Notes under the pieces: generated by a model
The model's database searches: none
Told to the model about the DNA's origin: nothing
The model's input: the letters and a program-made list of their open reading frames with translations, nothing else
In this document: piece after piece, positions 40,242 through 49,477 of the stretch
How the letters are laid out: the number at the start of each line of letters is the position of its first letter
Position numbering within the stretch: the first letter of the stretch is position 1
Translations under genes and position numbers: made by a program
Assembly (NCBI GenBank): GCA_965221165.1
Contig: CBDCRP010000002.1
Coordinates: 32,001 to 96,000, forward strand
DNA length: 64,000 bases
Direction: 5' to 3'
From: a bacterium
Lineage (GTDB): Bacteria > UBA8248

Positions 40242-40447
40242 ACCGCCTACTTTTTCTATGAACTACCCCGGAATCAACTTGAGCTAACATAAGACAGGGA
40301 AAATCTGAAGTTAGAACAGTCACGCTCCCTCTACGCCTTGTCTTATACAGCCATCCAAGTCGACGCTTGGCTTAGAAGCACATTAGGGATATAGAGGACA
40401 ACACCCGCCCTCCACGCGCATTAACCCGGCGTCACGTCTTTGTTCGT

Positions 40448-40873
40448 TTACATTTGCCTCGGATGCAGCTCTTCGTACTTACCGTGGTCCGTGTCGATCC
40501 CCGCCATGTGGCGGAAAATTTCCTCGTACCCCGGGGGCGAGAACATCCAGAGGAGTTTCAGGGGAACGTCGCCCGTGTTCCTGAGGCCGTGCGTCACGCC
40601 CACGGGCAGAAAGGCGGTCATGCCCGCCTTGACGTGGTGCACCTCGCCGTCCACTTCCACCTCGGCTTCCCCTTCGTGGAAGAAAAGGATTTCTTCTTCT
40701 TTTTCATGAAGATGGACGGGGATGCCGCCGCCGACGGGGATGTCCTGATTCCCCATACTGAGCATCCGGGAGTTCGTATTCCGGGGGTCGATGAGGATGC
40801 GCCATCCCCGGGGCAGTTCTATGTCTACCATCTCGATCTTTTCGCCGTCGTCCCACTCGAAAACGTATGACAT
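40448..40873 (-). CDS. Cupin domain protein
   Basis: Motifs PVHLHEKEEE.LFFHEG and P.GVTHGLRN. Confidence 0.88.
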   Translation of the reverse strand: MSYVFEWDDGEKIEMVDIELPRGWRILIDPRNTNSRMLSMGNQDIPVGGGIPVHLHEKEEEILFFHEGEAEVEVDGEVHHVKAGMTAFLPVGVTHGLRNTGDVPLKLLWMFSPPGYEEIFRHMAGIDTDHGKYEELHPRQM

Positions 40874-40928
40874 GTTAAACCCTCCCCAGCCTTGGCGCTC
40901 GCGTGGGGCGCACCGGGTGAGCGGCGCG

Positions 40929-41966
40929 TCAGGCCATCGCGGGCGCGACCTCTTTGGCGAATCTCTCCAGAAGTTTGAGAGACTCTTCGTGTTTCATCCC
41001 GTCGCCGTATACGCCGAGAATCACGTGGTTCAGCCCGAAATCATCTCTTAAGCGATAAAGTTCCTGAATGTTCTCTTTCGCGGAGCCGATGACGCCGCCG
41101 CCTTTTAAGAACTCTTGCACGTCGAGCTTGTAGCTCCAGTTGCGCTGGAGGTGCCTCCCCTCCTCGTCCGTGAACTCCACCTCGTTTACCCTGGTGCGGT
41201 ATTCGAGATAGGAGGAAAGACCGCGCTCGAAAGTTTTCAGATAATCGGCCTGCTCATCATCCTCGCAGACGTAGAAGCGGTGCGTCATGGTGTAGTCGAT
41301 GCCGGAGGTATCTCCCCCTCTCGCCGCCACGGCCTCCTCGTAGAGCTTCATCTTCTCGCTGTAGACTTTGGGGCCCTTGAAGCCGGCGGAGGCCATGATC
41401 TTGAACCCGTTCTCGCCGGCGTAGGTGTAGGTCTCGGGACTCGTTCCGGCGAGCCAGATGGGCGGCCTCGGCTTTTGGATGGGTCGGGGGAAAATCTGCA
41501 CGTCCTTGCACCGGTAATACTCGCCCTCGAAGGTCACCTGCTCGCCTTCCAGGAGCCTCGATACAATCTCCAGACCCTCTACGAGGCGCTTTCTGCTCTC
41601 AGAGGGTTTCATGCCGAACGACTTGAATTCCTTGGGCTGGGACCCCCTGCCCACGCCGAGTTCGAGCCTCCCGCCGCTCAGCAGATCGACCACAGCCGCC
41701 TGCTCGGCCAGACGCACCGGATTATGAAACGGCATGATGGATATCGCCGTCCCCAGGCGGATGTTTTTCGTCTTCTGCGCCAGCGCCGCGCACCAGAGCA
41801 AGGGATCCGGGCACATGCCCACTTTGGAGAAATGGTGCTCCGCAAACCATGCGCAATGATAGCCGAGTTCATCCGCCGCCTGGCATTGCTCCATCACCTT
41901 CTGGTAGGCGTCAGCCTCTGACTCATCTCCCTCGGGGCATATCACGTAAAAAATCGAAAATTTCAT
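40929..41966 (-). CDS. LLM-class flavin-dependent oxidoreductase (luciferase-like)
   Basis: Motifs WFAEHHF, HNPVRLAE, GRLELGVGRG and PRPIQKPRPPIW. Confidence 0.92.
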   Translation of the reverse strand: MKFSIFYVICPEGDESEADAYQKVMEQCQAADELGYHCAWFAEHHFSKVGMCPDPLLWCAALAQKTKNIRLGTAISIMPFHNPVRLAEQAAVVDLLSGGRLELGVGRGSQPKEFKSFGMKPSESRKRLVEGLEIVSRLLEGEQVTFEGEYYRCKDVQIFPRPIQKPRPPIWLAGTSPETYTYAGENGFKIMASAGFKGPKVYSEKMKLYEEAVAARGGDTSGIDYTMTHRFYVCEDDEQADYLKTFERGLSSYLEYRTRVNEVEFTDEEGRHLQRNWSYKLDVQEFLKGGGVIGSAKENIQELYRLRDDFGLNHVILGVYGDGMKHEESLKLLERFAKEVAPAMA

Positions 41967-42164
41967 TGCACTCTATCCTTTATCACCCTGCTCAATTCGT
42001 AGATAAGACATCGTTCCCCCCTCACCTCGGGCGGTTTTGTCTGTTTGAATGGAGCCATTAAATTATCATCTTATTCGCGGTCTGAGAAGCGGCTCAGATT
42101 CAGGAGACAATTTCCCCGCCCTGGGCTAGGATGAGGCATCGTTCCAGGAATAAGGAGGAAAGGC

Positions 42165-42914
42165 ATGCGTTTCGAGAACAAAACCATCATCGTCACGGGT
42201 GCGGGCGGGGGAATAGGACGAGCGAGCGCGCTCAGGCTTGCGCGCGAGGGCGCGCACGTCTTCTGTATGGACATCGCCGACTCGCGCGAGGATACCGCCA
42301 GATTCATCAATGAAGAAGGCTTCGGCGACGCGAGCTCAGTAGCCTATGACGCATTGCGCTCAGAAAGCGTGAAGAAAGTCTTTCAGGAAACTATTTCGGC
42401 GCACGGACCCATCGACGTACTCGTCAACTGCGTCGGCGCGGGCCTGCCCCTTTCGGCTCTTGAAATCGACGAAGAGGCGTTCGATAAAATGTTCGACATG
42501 AACGTGAAGACCATCTATCGCGCCTGCTGGGCGGTGCTGCCCCACATGCAGGAGCAAAAGAGCGGCAAAATCATCAATTTCTCCTCCGTCGCAGGCCGTT
42601 CGGCCAGCGTACTCCAGGGGCCGCACTATTCGAGCGCCAAGGCAGCCGTCATCGGCCTGACGCGCCACCTCGCCCGTGAGTTCGGCCCCCACAACATCAA
42701 CGTGAACGCCATCGCCCCGGGCGTCGTCGGCACCGAGCGCATTCTCGAGCAAATGAGCGATGCGCAAAAGAAAAAAACCGAAGCCGCCACGCCGCTCGGA
42801 CGCATCGCCGCGCCCGAGGACATCGCAGGCGTCGTCGCCTTTCTCGCCTCGGACGACGCGCGCCACGTCACCGGCGTCACCATCGACGTGAACGGGGGTT
42901 TCTTTCTGGCATAG
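42165..42914 (+). CDS. Short-chain dehydrogenase/reductase
   Basis: Motifs [19 protein letters not shown] and VNGG. Confidence 0.92.
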   Translation: MRFENKTIIVTGAGGGIGRASALRLAREGAHVFCMDIADSREDTARFINEEGFGDASSVAYDALRSESVKKVFQETISAHGPIDVLVNCVGAGLPLSALEIDEEAFDKMFDMNVKTIYRACWAVLPHMQEQKSGKIINFSSVAGRSASVLQGPHYSSAKAAVIGLTRHLAREFGPHNINVNAIAPGVVGTERILEQMSDAQKKKTEAATPLGRIAAPEDIAGVVAFLASDDARHVTGVTIDVNGGFFLA

Positions 42915-43058
42915 ATCAGGGAAAATTCAGGACACCGTCGCTTTCATATGGCCTGCGTAGTTTCCAAACGACGTTTAGATTCAGAAAAATTTTTCGCTCT
43001 GCAAAACCAAAATTCAGCGGAGACATCATCGTCCAAAGGCACCCTCTACGCCTTGGCG

Positions 43059-44362
43059 CTACGCTTCGGGAGAATCCGCCTTCAAGGGCGTCGCGGCGGC
43101 TGCGAAATCCTTCGGCCGCATCAGTTGCATGGCGATCGAGGCGATCATCAGGGCGAGTCCCGTCGTCTTGAGCCACATTCCGTTAAAGAACAAGACCGCT
43201 CCGGCCGCACCCATGATGAAGCGATCCAGCACCGTCAGTATGCGCAGGAAATAACCCTCCAGGGCCGCCGAGGTGCATATGAAGCCCAGGGCCGCGCTCA
43301 CCCAGACCAGAATCACTTGATCCCAGGGGCCGTTCAGCAGTATCGGCGTGTAGGCCATCAAAAGAGGCACGACGTAAAGCGGTTTCGCCAGCTTCAGAGA
43401 GATGAAACCGGTTCGCATGGGGTCGCACTGCGCGACGCCCGCCGCCACGAACGCGCCCAGGGCGAAGGGCGGCGTGAGAGCCGCATCCTGGCTCAGCCAG
43501 AGGATGATCATGTGCGCGGTGAACATCGAGAGGCCGAAATCCATGAGCGCGGGCCCGGCAAGAATGGCGATGAGGATATAGCTCGCCGTAATCGTCATCC
43601 CCATGCCCAGGATGTAACTGGCGAGCGCCACCAGAGCCACCGCCAGGAAGAGCATGTTGTTCGAATAGGAGAGGATGATGGCCGTCATCTTCTGCGCCAG
43701 ATCGGGATGCGTGATCCCGGTGAGCACGAGGCCCATCACGCCCGCCGTCGCGCCGATGACGAGCGAATTGACAGAACCGGTAACGAACGCATCGCCGATT
43801 TCGGACATGATGCGCCGCGCCTCCTGATGCCGCCAGGCCAGGAAGCAGGCCAGCAGCACATAGAGATACACCGCATCGCCGCCATAGATGATGCTGGCGG
43901 CGAAAACGGCCGCCTGAAGACCGAGAAGGTACCAGCATTTCTGCTTGAACGTGCTCACTACCACGGAGGCGACGATGGTCCACGTGGCGTAGCCGATGGT
44001 GGGCACCGGCTTGTCGACGCCGTTGTAAGCATTCTTGACGATGGTGGTCTTGAAGTACGCCTTGTTCGAATCCAGAAGCCCCTGGCCCACTTTTCCGTCC
44101 ACCGGCAGGAGCGTGATGGGTGAGGAAGTCGCCAGCTTCAGGACGGCCGGCGAGGGTACGGGATTCGGGATGGTGAAGGCGTCGAGCCGGTTGTCCTTCA
44201 CGGCGTCGGCCGCCACGTTCCAGTTCAGGTTCTCTTCGCGCACCTTGATGCCGGCGAGTTGGACGACGGTGCGCGTCATGAAGTGCGTGCTGCTGCCCCG
44301 ACGCGCGAAACTCACGCGCTTGCCGTTCAGGTCGGCGATTTTCTTGATGCCCGAATCCTTCT
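43059..44362 (-). pseudogene. In-frame chimera: central part of a TAXI solute-binding protein joined to the C-terminal part of a TRAP fused permease
   Basis: KDSGIKKIADLNGKRVS...AYNGVDKPVPTIG is TAXI-like. It runs directly into LGMGMTITASYI...LSQDAALTPPFALGAF, which is DctM-like. No signal peptide or plausible start. Confidence 0.75.
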
Positions 44363-44464
44363 GCTCGTTACCTTGAACCCCAGCACCCGGGCTTAGAAAT
44401 CCTCCATCCGGGCCAGATCCTTGGTCCAGAATCCAACATGCCCAACTTTCGTGGTCTTGAACAT
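44360..44464 (-). pseudogene. N-terminal fragment of a VOC-family gene with a nonsense codon
   Basis: MFKTTKVGHVGFWTKDLARMEDF*ARVLGFKVTSR, with TAA at 44395-44393 where the conserved Tyr of FY..VLG is expected. Confidence 0.65.
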
Positions 44465-44661
44465 AAACGCTCGGTTCATTCCTGGTCGAATGTCGAGAGG
44501 AGCAAAAGAATAAACTGCTCCTTCGGCATCGCCCATACAACTATGTATGAAACCAAAATACTGTATGGAAAAATCTTAAACCACCCCGCAAGGCAAAAGC
44601 AAGAAACCTCCCGGTCTCGCGGCGAAAATCAAAACCAAGCGGCCAGACTTTGAAGAGGGCG

Positions 44662-46026
44662 TCAATTTTCCCCTTCGATATCCGGAAATTCACAGACCCA
44701 GCCCAGTTCCGCCTCACACCAGCGGGCGGCGGACAGAAGAGCCGTCTCGCCGAAGCGGCGTCCGCCCAGTTGAATTCCGATGGGCAGGTTCTCATCTCCC
44801 CTGCCTACCGGAAGGGTAATGGCCGGAAATCCGATTTGCGTGAAAGGCTCGTTGAACAAGGCGTTTCCGGTGGATTCCTCGGCGATGGGGGGTCGCTCCA
44901 CCTGGGAGGGCAAGATGACGAGGTCGAAGTTCCGGAAATAATCCTCCATTCGCTGAATGAAGCGCGCGCGAAAACGCAGGGCGTTCACATAATGAACCGC
45001 CGGCGTCATGAGGCCCGTGGAGATATTTTTTCGAATATGGGAAGCATAGGCGTTCTGATTCTCCAGAAACATCTTGTCGTGATAGGCGGCCGCCTCCACG
45101 CGCATGATGATGCGGTGCGCCGCGTGCATCTCGTCCACATCCACAGGCAGCCTCCCTTCCTGCACGTCCACCCCTTTGGCCTTCAAATTCGCGACGCACT
45201 CCTCGATGCGTCCGGCCACCTCCTCGCTCGCGTGGGGGAGGAGATCCTCTTTCCAGAAACACGCCCGTTTCGGTTTTGCCGGTGCTGAGGCTTGAGCGTA
45301 ATCGGGCACGTCGACATCGGGTGCTTGGGCATCAAGCCCATCCGCGCCCGAGATGGCCGTGAGAACGCGCGCCGCATCTTCAGCACATCTCGTGATCACG
45401 CCAACATGATCCAGATTCCACGACACCGTGATCAGCCCGCTTCTCGGTATCCGGCCGTAGGTGGGCTTGAGCCCCACCACGCCGCAAAACGCAGAAGGCC
45501 TCAGGGTCGAGCCGCCCGTCTGGCTGCCCAGGGCCGCCGGGACCATTCCTGTGGCAACGGCGGCTGCGGAGCCGCTGCTCGAGCCACCCGGGCTTCTCTT
45601 GAAATTCCATGGATTTCGCGTTTCCGAGGGATCAGAGGTGGCGAATTGCGTGGTGACCGTCTTGCCGAGGCAAAGCGCGCCCGCATTTTTCAAGCGCGTC
45701 GTGACGGTGGCGTCCTCATCCGGCATGTATCCCTTGAGCAGGGGAGAGTTCGCCTCGCGCGGCAGACCGACGACGTCCACGATGTCCTTAAAACCGATGG
45801 CGGCGCCCCCGAGCGCGCCACCCCCCTGCCCGTCGGCGATGCGCTCATCAATCGCCTTTGCCCCGGCCAGCGCGCCCTCCCTGTCCACGTGCGCCCATGC
45901 AAGGATTTTTCCCTCCAGCGCATCGATTCGCTCCAGCAAGGAGCGCGTCCAATTCAAAGCCGACAAGCCGCCTTCAGTGATGCTCCTCAACCCATCCGAG
46001 AGGCTCAAACGCCAAGGTTCACTCAT
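44662..46026 (-). CDS. Amidase signature family protein (GatA/AtzE-like)
   Basis: Motifs FKD, GKTVT, PGGSSSGSAAAV, GSQTGGSTLRP and LPIGIQL. Confidence 0.92.
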   Translation of the reverse strand: MSEPWRLSLSDGLRSITEGGLSALNWTRSLLERIDALEGKILAWAHVDREGALAGAKAIDERIADGQGGGALGGAAIGFKDIVDVVGLPREANSPLLKGYMPDEDATVTTRLKNAGALCLGKTVTTQFATSDPSETRNPWNFKRSPGGSSSGSAAAVATGMVPAALGSQTGGSTLRPSAFCGVVGLKPTYGRIPRSGLITVSWNLDHVGVITRCAEDAARVLTAISGADGLDAQAPDVDVPDYAQASAPAKPKRACFWKEDLLPHASEEVAGRIEECVANLKAKGVDVQEGRLPVDVDEMHAAHRIIMRVEAAAYHDKMFLENQNAYASHIRKNISTGLMTPAVHYVNALRFRARFIQRMEDYFRNFDLVILPSQVERPPIAEESTGNALFNEPFTQIGFPAITLPVGRGDENLPIGIQLGGRRFGETALLSAARWCEAELGWVCEFPDIEGEN

Positions 46027-46063
46027 TTTTCACTCCCCCTGCATTTCGCATCGTCACCATAAT

Positions 46064-46237
46064 TCATTTATCCAGTTGTTCGAGTTTTTCCAGTATTTCA
46101 AGTAGGTGGGGCTTTCCCCCCGCCGGTGGCCGCCAGCGCACATGCGTCACGGGCACATTCTGATCTTTTAGTTCATCGGCGAATATCTCAAGGCCCAGGT
46201 TAACGACCCGAAGCGGTGTATGGCGCAAGTCCTTCAT
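46064..46237 (-). CDS. Small FdrA-associated protein (57 aa; below the ORF-track cutoff)
   Basis: MKDLRHTPLRVVNLGLEIFADELKDQNVPVTHVRWRPPAGG; the W.PPAGG motif is typical of the FdrA/YlbE linker domain. Confidence 0.75.
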   Translation of the reverse strand: MKDLRHTPLRVVNLGLEIFADELKDQNVPVTHVRWRPPAGGKPHLLEILEKLEQLDK

Positions 46238-46240
46238 GGC

Positions 46241-47740
46241 CTAACTATCCTCGACCAATTCCGGCCGTATCAACGCCGCGGCGAACCGGGTCGCCTGCGC
46301 GTTCGATGGCAGGACCACCACGCCGGCATCCTCCAGAATCCGCACCTGCTCACTCATAGCTTGCGGATCGTCCGCCGTACCCACCACCGAGGCGACGAAA
46401 ACGGGATATTTCGCCTGAATTCTCGTTTCTTTTACCGCCCGCGCTAAAGGACCCGCCGGGTCCTGCGCGCTTCCCCTGCCCAGTATCAAATCGAATAAAA
46501 CCACGCCTGTGTCTTCATCCACCGCAAATCTCAAAATCATTTCCGCGCGGGATTCGGGGTCGATCATGGGATGGGGTTTACCTACCGTATATCGATCATC
46601 TCCCAAATCAAGAACACGGTGGCGGCCCCCATCCTCGTTCCAGGATACATCGCCGAGTAACTCCTCCAGGATGAGGCGGCTCTCGTGGGCGAGCGTGCCT
46701 CCCGAGAACAGCCCGAGAACACCTGCGTCCACGAATCCGCCCGCAGGCTGCAAAGAGGCGATTCTCCCTTTCAGCCCAGCCTGGGCGAAGAAGTTTTCCG
46801 GCCTGTGGCTCTCCCCTTTCAAAATCGCCGCCACGGCATGGCCCGCATCCTCCAAAGTTTCGGCCCATCCCGGGTTTTCTGCACCCAGAAAACAGACGAC
46901 ATGCGGCTTTTCGAGGGCTTTGAGCGCCTTTTCGATTTTGGGCAGCACCTCTGCGTCAGGCGGTTTTGATATGAGCACAACGATTATTGTTTCGGGGTCG
47001 TCGGCCAGGAAATCGAGCGCGTGGAGCGTCATCAAGCCGCCCACCTCGGCGGACAGATCGCGTCCGCCCACGCCGATCCCGTGGGAAATCCCCTCGCCCA
47101 GGGCATCGAGTCGAGAGGCTACGGCCTGAAGGCCGGTACCCGAAGCAGCGATACAGCCTACTCGCCCCGGCTTCACCACGTTGGTAAAGCCCAAACCCGC
47201 ACCGGCGATGTACGCCGTTCCGCAGTCGGGACCCATCAATAACAAATCGCGCCTTATGGCCTCTCGCTTCAGAGCCACCTCGTCATCCACCGACACGTTG
47301 TCGCTGAACAAAAACACATGCCGCCCGCGCCGCAGGGCGTCCATGGCTTCTTTCGCTGCATAGGCGCCGGGGATGGAAATCATCGCGAGGTTCGAATCAG
47401 GCGCTGCGGCGAGCGCTCCCGCCAAGCTCGAGGGCGAAAAATCTCTCGCTCCGCCACCGACGACCCGTTCTTGCGTCAAAAAGGCTTTTGCCTCTTCAAT
47501 CGCTTCCAGCGCGAGTTCTAGCGAATCCGCCTCGACGGCGAGAACCAGATCATTCGGCCCGGCATCGACCTTGTTTTCCTCGGCCAGGCCCGCCTGAAGC
47601 AGGATATCCCGATTCGCAGGCGTGCCCATGAGCGCCGCCACCTCGGAGACGCCCGGTTTTTTGCGAATCTCGCGCGCGAGTCGCATGAGTTTCACGGAGT
47701 CCTGGTAGAAGGAAGGCAGTACGAGCCTTGCGAGCGCCAA
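46241..47740 (-). CDS. fdrA: FdrA-family acyl-CoA synthetase/CoA-transferase subunit
   Basis: Motifs YQDSVKLM, MGTPANR, FLFSDNV, MGPDCGT, GVGGRDL, SKPP and KPHPMIDP. Confidence 0.88.
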   Translation of the reverse strand: MALARLVLPSFYQDSVKLMRLAREIRKKPGVSEVAALMGTPANRDILLQAGLAEENKVDAGPNDLVLAVEADSLELALEAIEEAKAFLTQERVVGGGARDFSPSSLAGALAAAPDSNLAMISIPGAYAAKEAMDALRRGRHVFLFSDNVSVDDEVALKREAIRRDLLLMGPDCGTAYIAGAGLGFTNVVKPGRVGCIAASGTGLQAVASRLDALGEGISHGIGVGGRDLSAEVGGLMTLHALDFLADDPETIIVVLISKPPDAEVLPKIEKALKALEKPHVVCFLGAENPGWAETLEDAGHAVAAILKGESHRPENFFAQAGLKGRIASLQPAGGFVDAGVLGLFSGGTLAHESRLILEELLGDVSWNEDGGRHRVLDLGDDRYTVGKPHPMIDPESRAEMILRFAVDEDTGVVLFDLILGRGSAQDPAGPLARAVKETRIQAKYPVFVASVVGTADDPQAMSEQVRILEDAGVVVLPSNAQATRFAAALIRPELVEDS

Positions 47741-47741
47741 T

Positions 47742-47927
47742 TTATTTTTCTTCGTCAGCGGGCGGGGCGAAAGGTTCTTGCGTTTTCTCCAGCGAGACGG
47801 ACGACATCGTCAAGAGCATCTCCGCCACCTCATCCGCATAGGCGGCGACCCGCTCCTCACCCTCTAAGCCGAAAACGTCTTGAGCCATCCGCCCGATTTG
47901 CGCAGCAATCTTTGATTGATCGTTCAT
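47742..47927 (-). CDS. Small acidic protein, possibly a GatC/AtzG-like amidase partner
   Basis: 61 aa, overlaps the ubiX stop and ends 1 nt before the fdrA start. Helical N-terminus and EPFAP tail. Confidence 0.5.
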   Translation of the reverse strand: MNDQSKIAAQIGRMAQDVFGLEGEERVAAYADEVAEMLLTMSSVSLEKTQEPFAPPADEEK

Positions 47928-48538
47928 TCGCTCGTCTCTCCATTCTGACGCACCGCGAGGCTCTTGCGCTCGGGGTGCTGACCCCGCCACTGCTCGAAGA
48001 GGTTCTGCTCAAGCCCCAGACACGTGAGCGTCTTGCCCACCACGTGATCGATCAGATCCTCCATCGTCTGGGGCTTGAAATAGAACCCCGGCGACGCAGG
48101 CAGTATGAAAACGCCCATCAGCGCGAGTTTGTGCATGTTTTCCAGGTGAATCGCAGAAAGCGGCATTTCACGCGGCAGGAGAACGAGTTTTTTCTGTTCC
48201 TTGAGCATCACGTCCGCCGCACGGCAGATGAGGTTATCGCCCGTGCCTGTGGCTATCAGTCCGAGCGTCTTTAAGGAGCAGGGAGCTATCACCATCGCGT
48301 CGAAGCCTGCGCTCCCGCTCGCGGGCCTTGCACCGATGTCGCTTTCGGGATGAACGACGCTCGCCCACGAAGACAGCCTGGCTAGGTCCACCTCCGTCTC
48401 ATAGGCCAGAACGCGGATGCCCGCCTTGGAGACGACCAAGTGGGTCTCCACTTCGGGATACGCGTCGTGCAAAACCTCCATGAGGCGCACGCCGTATATC
48501 GAACCCGAAGCGCCCGTTATGCCAACCACCAGCTTCAT
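47924..48538 (-). CDS. ubiX: Flavin prenyltransferase
   Basis: Motifs VGITGASG, ASGS, PCS.KTL, RAADV.LKE, PREMPL and PGFY. Confidence 0.94.
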   Translation of the reverse strand: MKLVVGITGASGSIYGVRLMEVLHDAYPEVETHLVVSKAGIRVLAYETEVDLARLSSWASVVHPESDIGARPASGSAGFDAMVIAPCSLKTLGLIATGTGDNLICRAADVMLKEQKKLVLLPREMPLSAIHLENMHKLALMGVFILPASPGFYFKPQTMEDLIDHVVGKTLTCLGLEQNLFEQWRGQHPERKSLAVRQNGETSE

Positions 48539-48563
48539 CGCATAACCCCAATCTCGGTGAGAT

Positions 48564-49454
48564 TCACAAGCGCGTCTTCGAAACCTTCTCGTAATCACGA
48601 TACAACAGGGTGAAATCTTTTTCGATCATCCCGCGTTTGACGGCTTTTTCCAAAAACGCGAGCGTGGCTTCTCCGTGCTCGGTCTGCGCCCGGTGTTTCT
48701 TGCCCATTTTAACGGCCATGCCTACGTCTTTTATCATGTTGTAGACGCGCGACTTGCCGTCCCATTTCCCGGACAATATATGGTTCGGAAAGCGGAACTG
48801 GCTCGCATAGCTCCTCGCGTTCGATACGTTGAACACGTTGATCATGTCCTCGACCTTGAGGCCCACCTTCTCCGCGAGCTTTCCTCCCTCGCAGGTCGCC
48901 ATGAAGATGGAGTGACAAACCATGTTGTGAATCAGCTTCATGGCATGGCCCGCGCCGCTTTCGCCCAGATGGAAAAGGTCGTCGGCAATGGGGCTCAAAA
49001 ATCTTTTCGTCCGGCGAAACGCTTTCTCATCCCCGCCTATCATCAGCGTAAGCGTGCCTGCGGCCGCTCCCGTTGCGCCGCCGCTCATGCCGGCATCGAG
49101 ATAGGCCACTCCCTTCGTCTTTGCGCGCCGGGCGATTTTTCGGGTCACCGCGGGGTCTGAACTCGTGAAATCATAAATCACCAGATTCTTGCGCGCGTTC
49201 GCCAGAACGCCTCCCCTTCCCTTGAGAGATTCTTCGATTTCCGGCGACCCCGGAACCACGAAGAAGATGACGCCCGCCTGAGCGGCCATTTCGCCCGGCT
49301 CACAAACCTCGACGCCTCGTTTTCTCTCCCATGGCTCTCTCGCCTCGGGAGCCACGTCCCAAACCATCAAAGGCATTTTCGCCTTATGAAGATTACCGGC
49401 GACGCCGCGCCCCATGTTACCCAGACCCACTACGCCGATTTTCGCTTGCGCCAT
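48564..49454 (-). CDS. Beta-hydroxyacid dehydrogenase (3-hydroxyisobutyrate family)
   Basis: Motifs GVVGLGNMG, DAGMSGG, GTLTLMIGG and KLIHN. Confidence 0.9.
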   Translation of the reverse strand: MAQAKIGVVGLGNMGRGVAGNLHKAKMPLMVWDVAPEAREPWERKRGVEVCEPGEMAAQAGVIFFVVPGSPEIEESLKGRGGVLANARKNLVIYDFTSSDPAVTRKIARRAKTKGVAYLDAGMSGGATGAAAGTLTLMIGGDEKAFRRTKRFLSPIADDLFHLGESGAGHAMKLIHNMVCHSIFMATCEGGKLAEKVGLKVEDMINVFNVSNARSYASQFRFPNHILSGKWDGKSRVYNMIKDVGMAVKMGKKHRAQTEHGEATLAFLEKAVKRGMIEKDFTLLYRDYEKVSKTRL

Positions 49455-49477
49455 CTCGCATCCTTTCCTTGCCGTAT

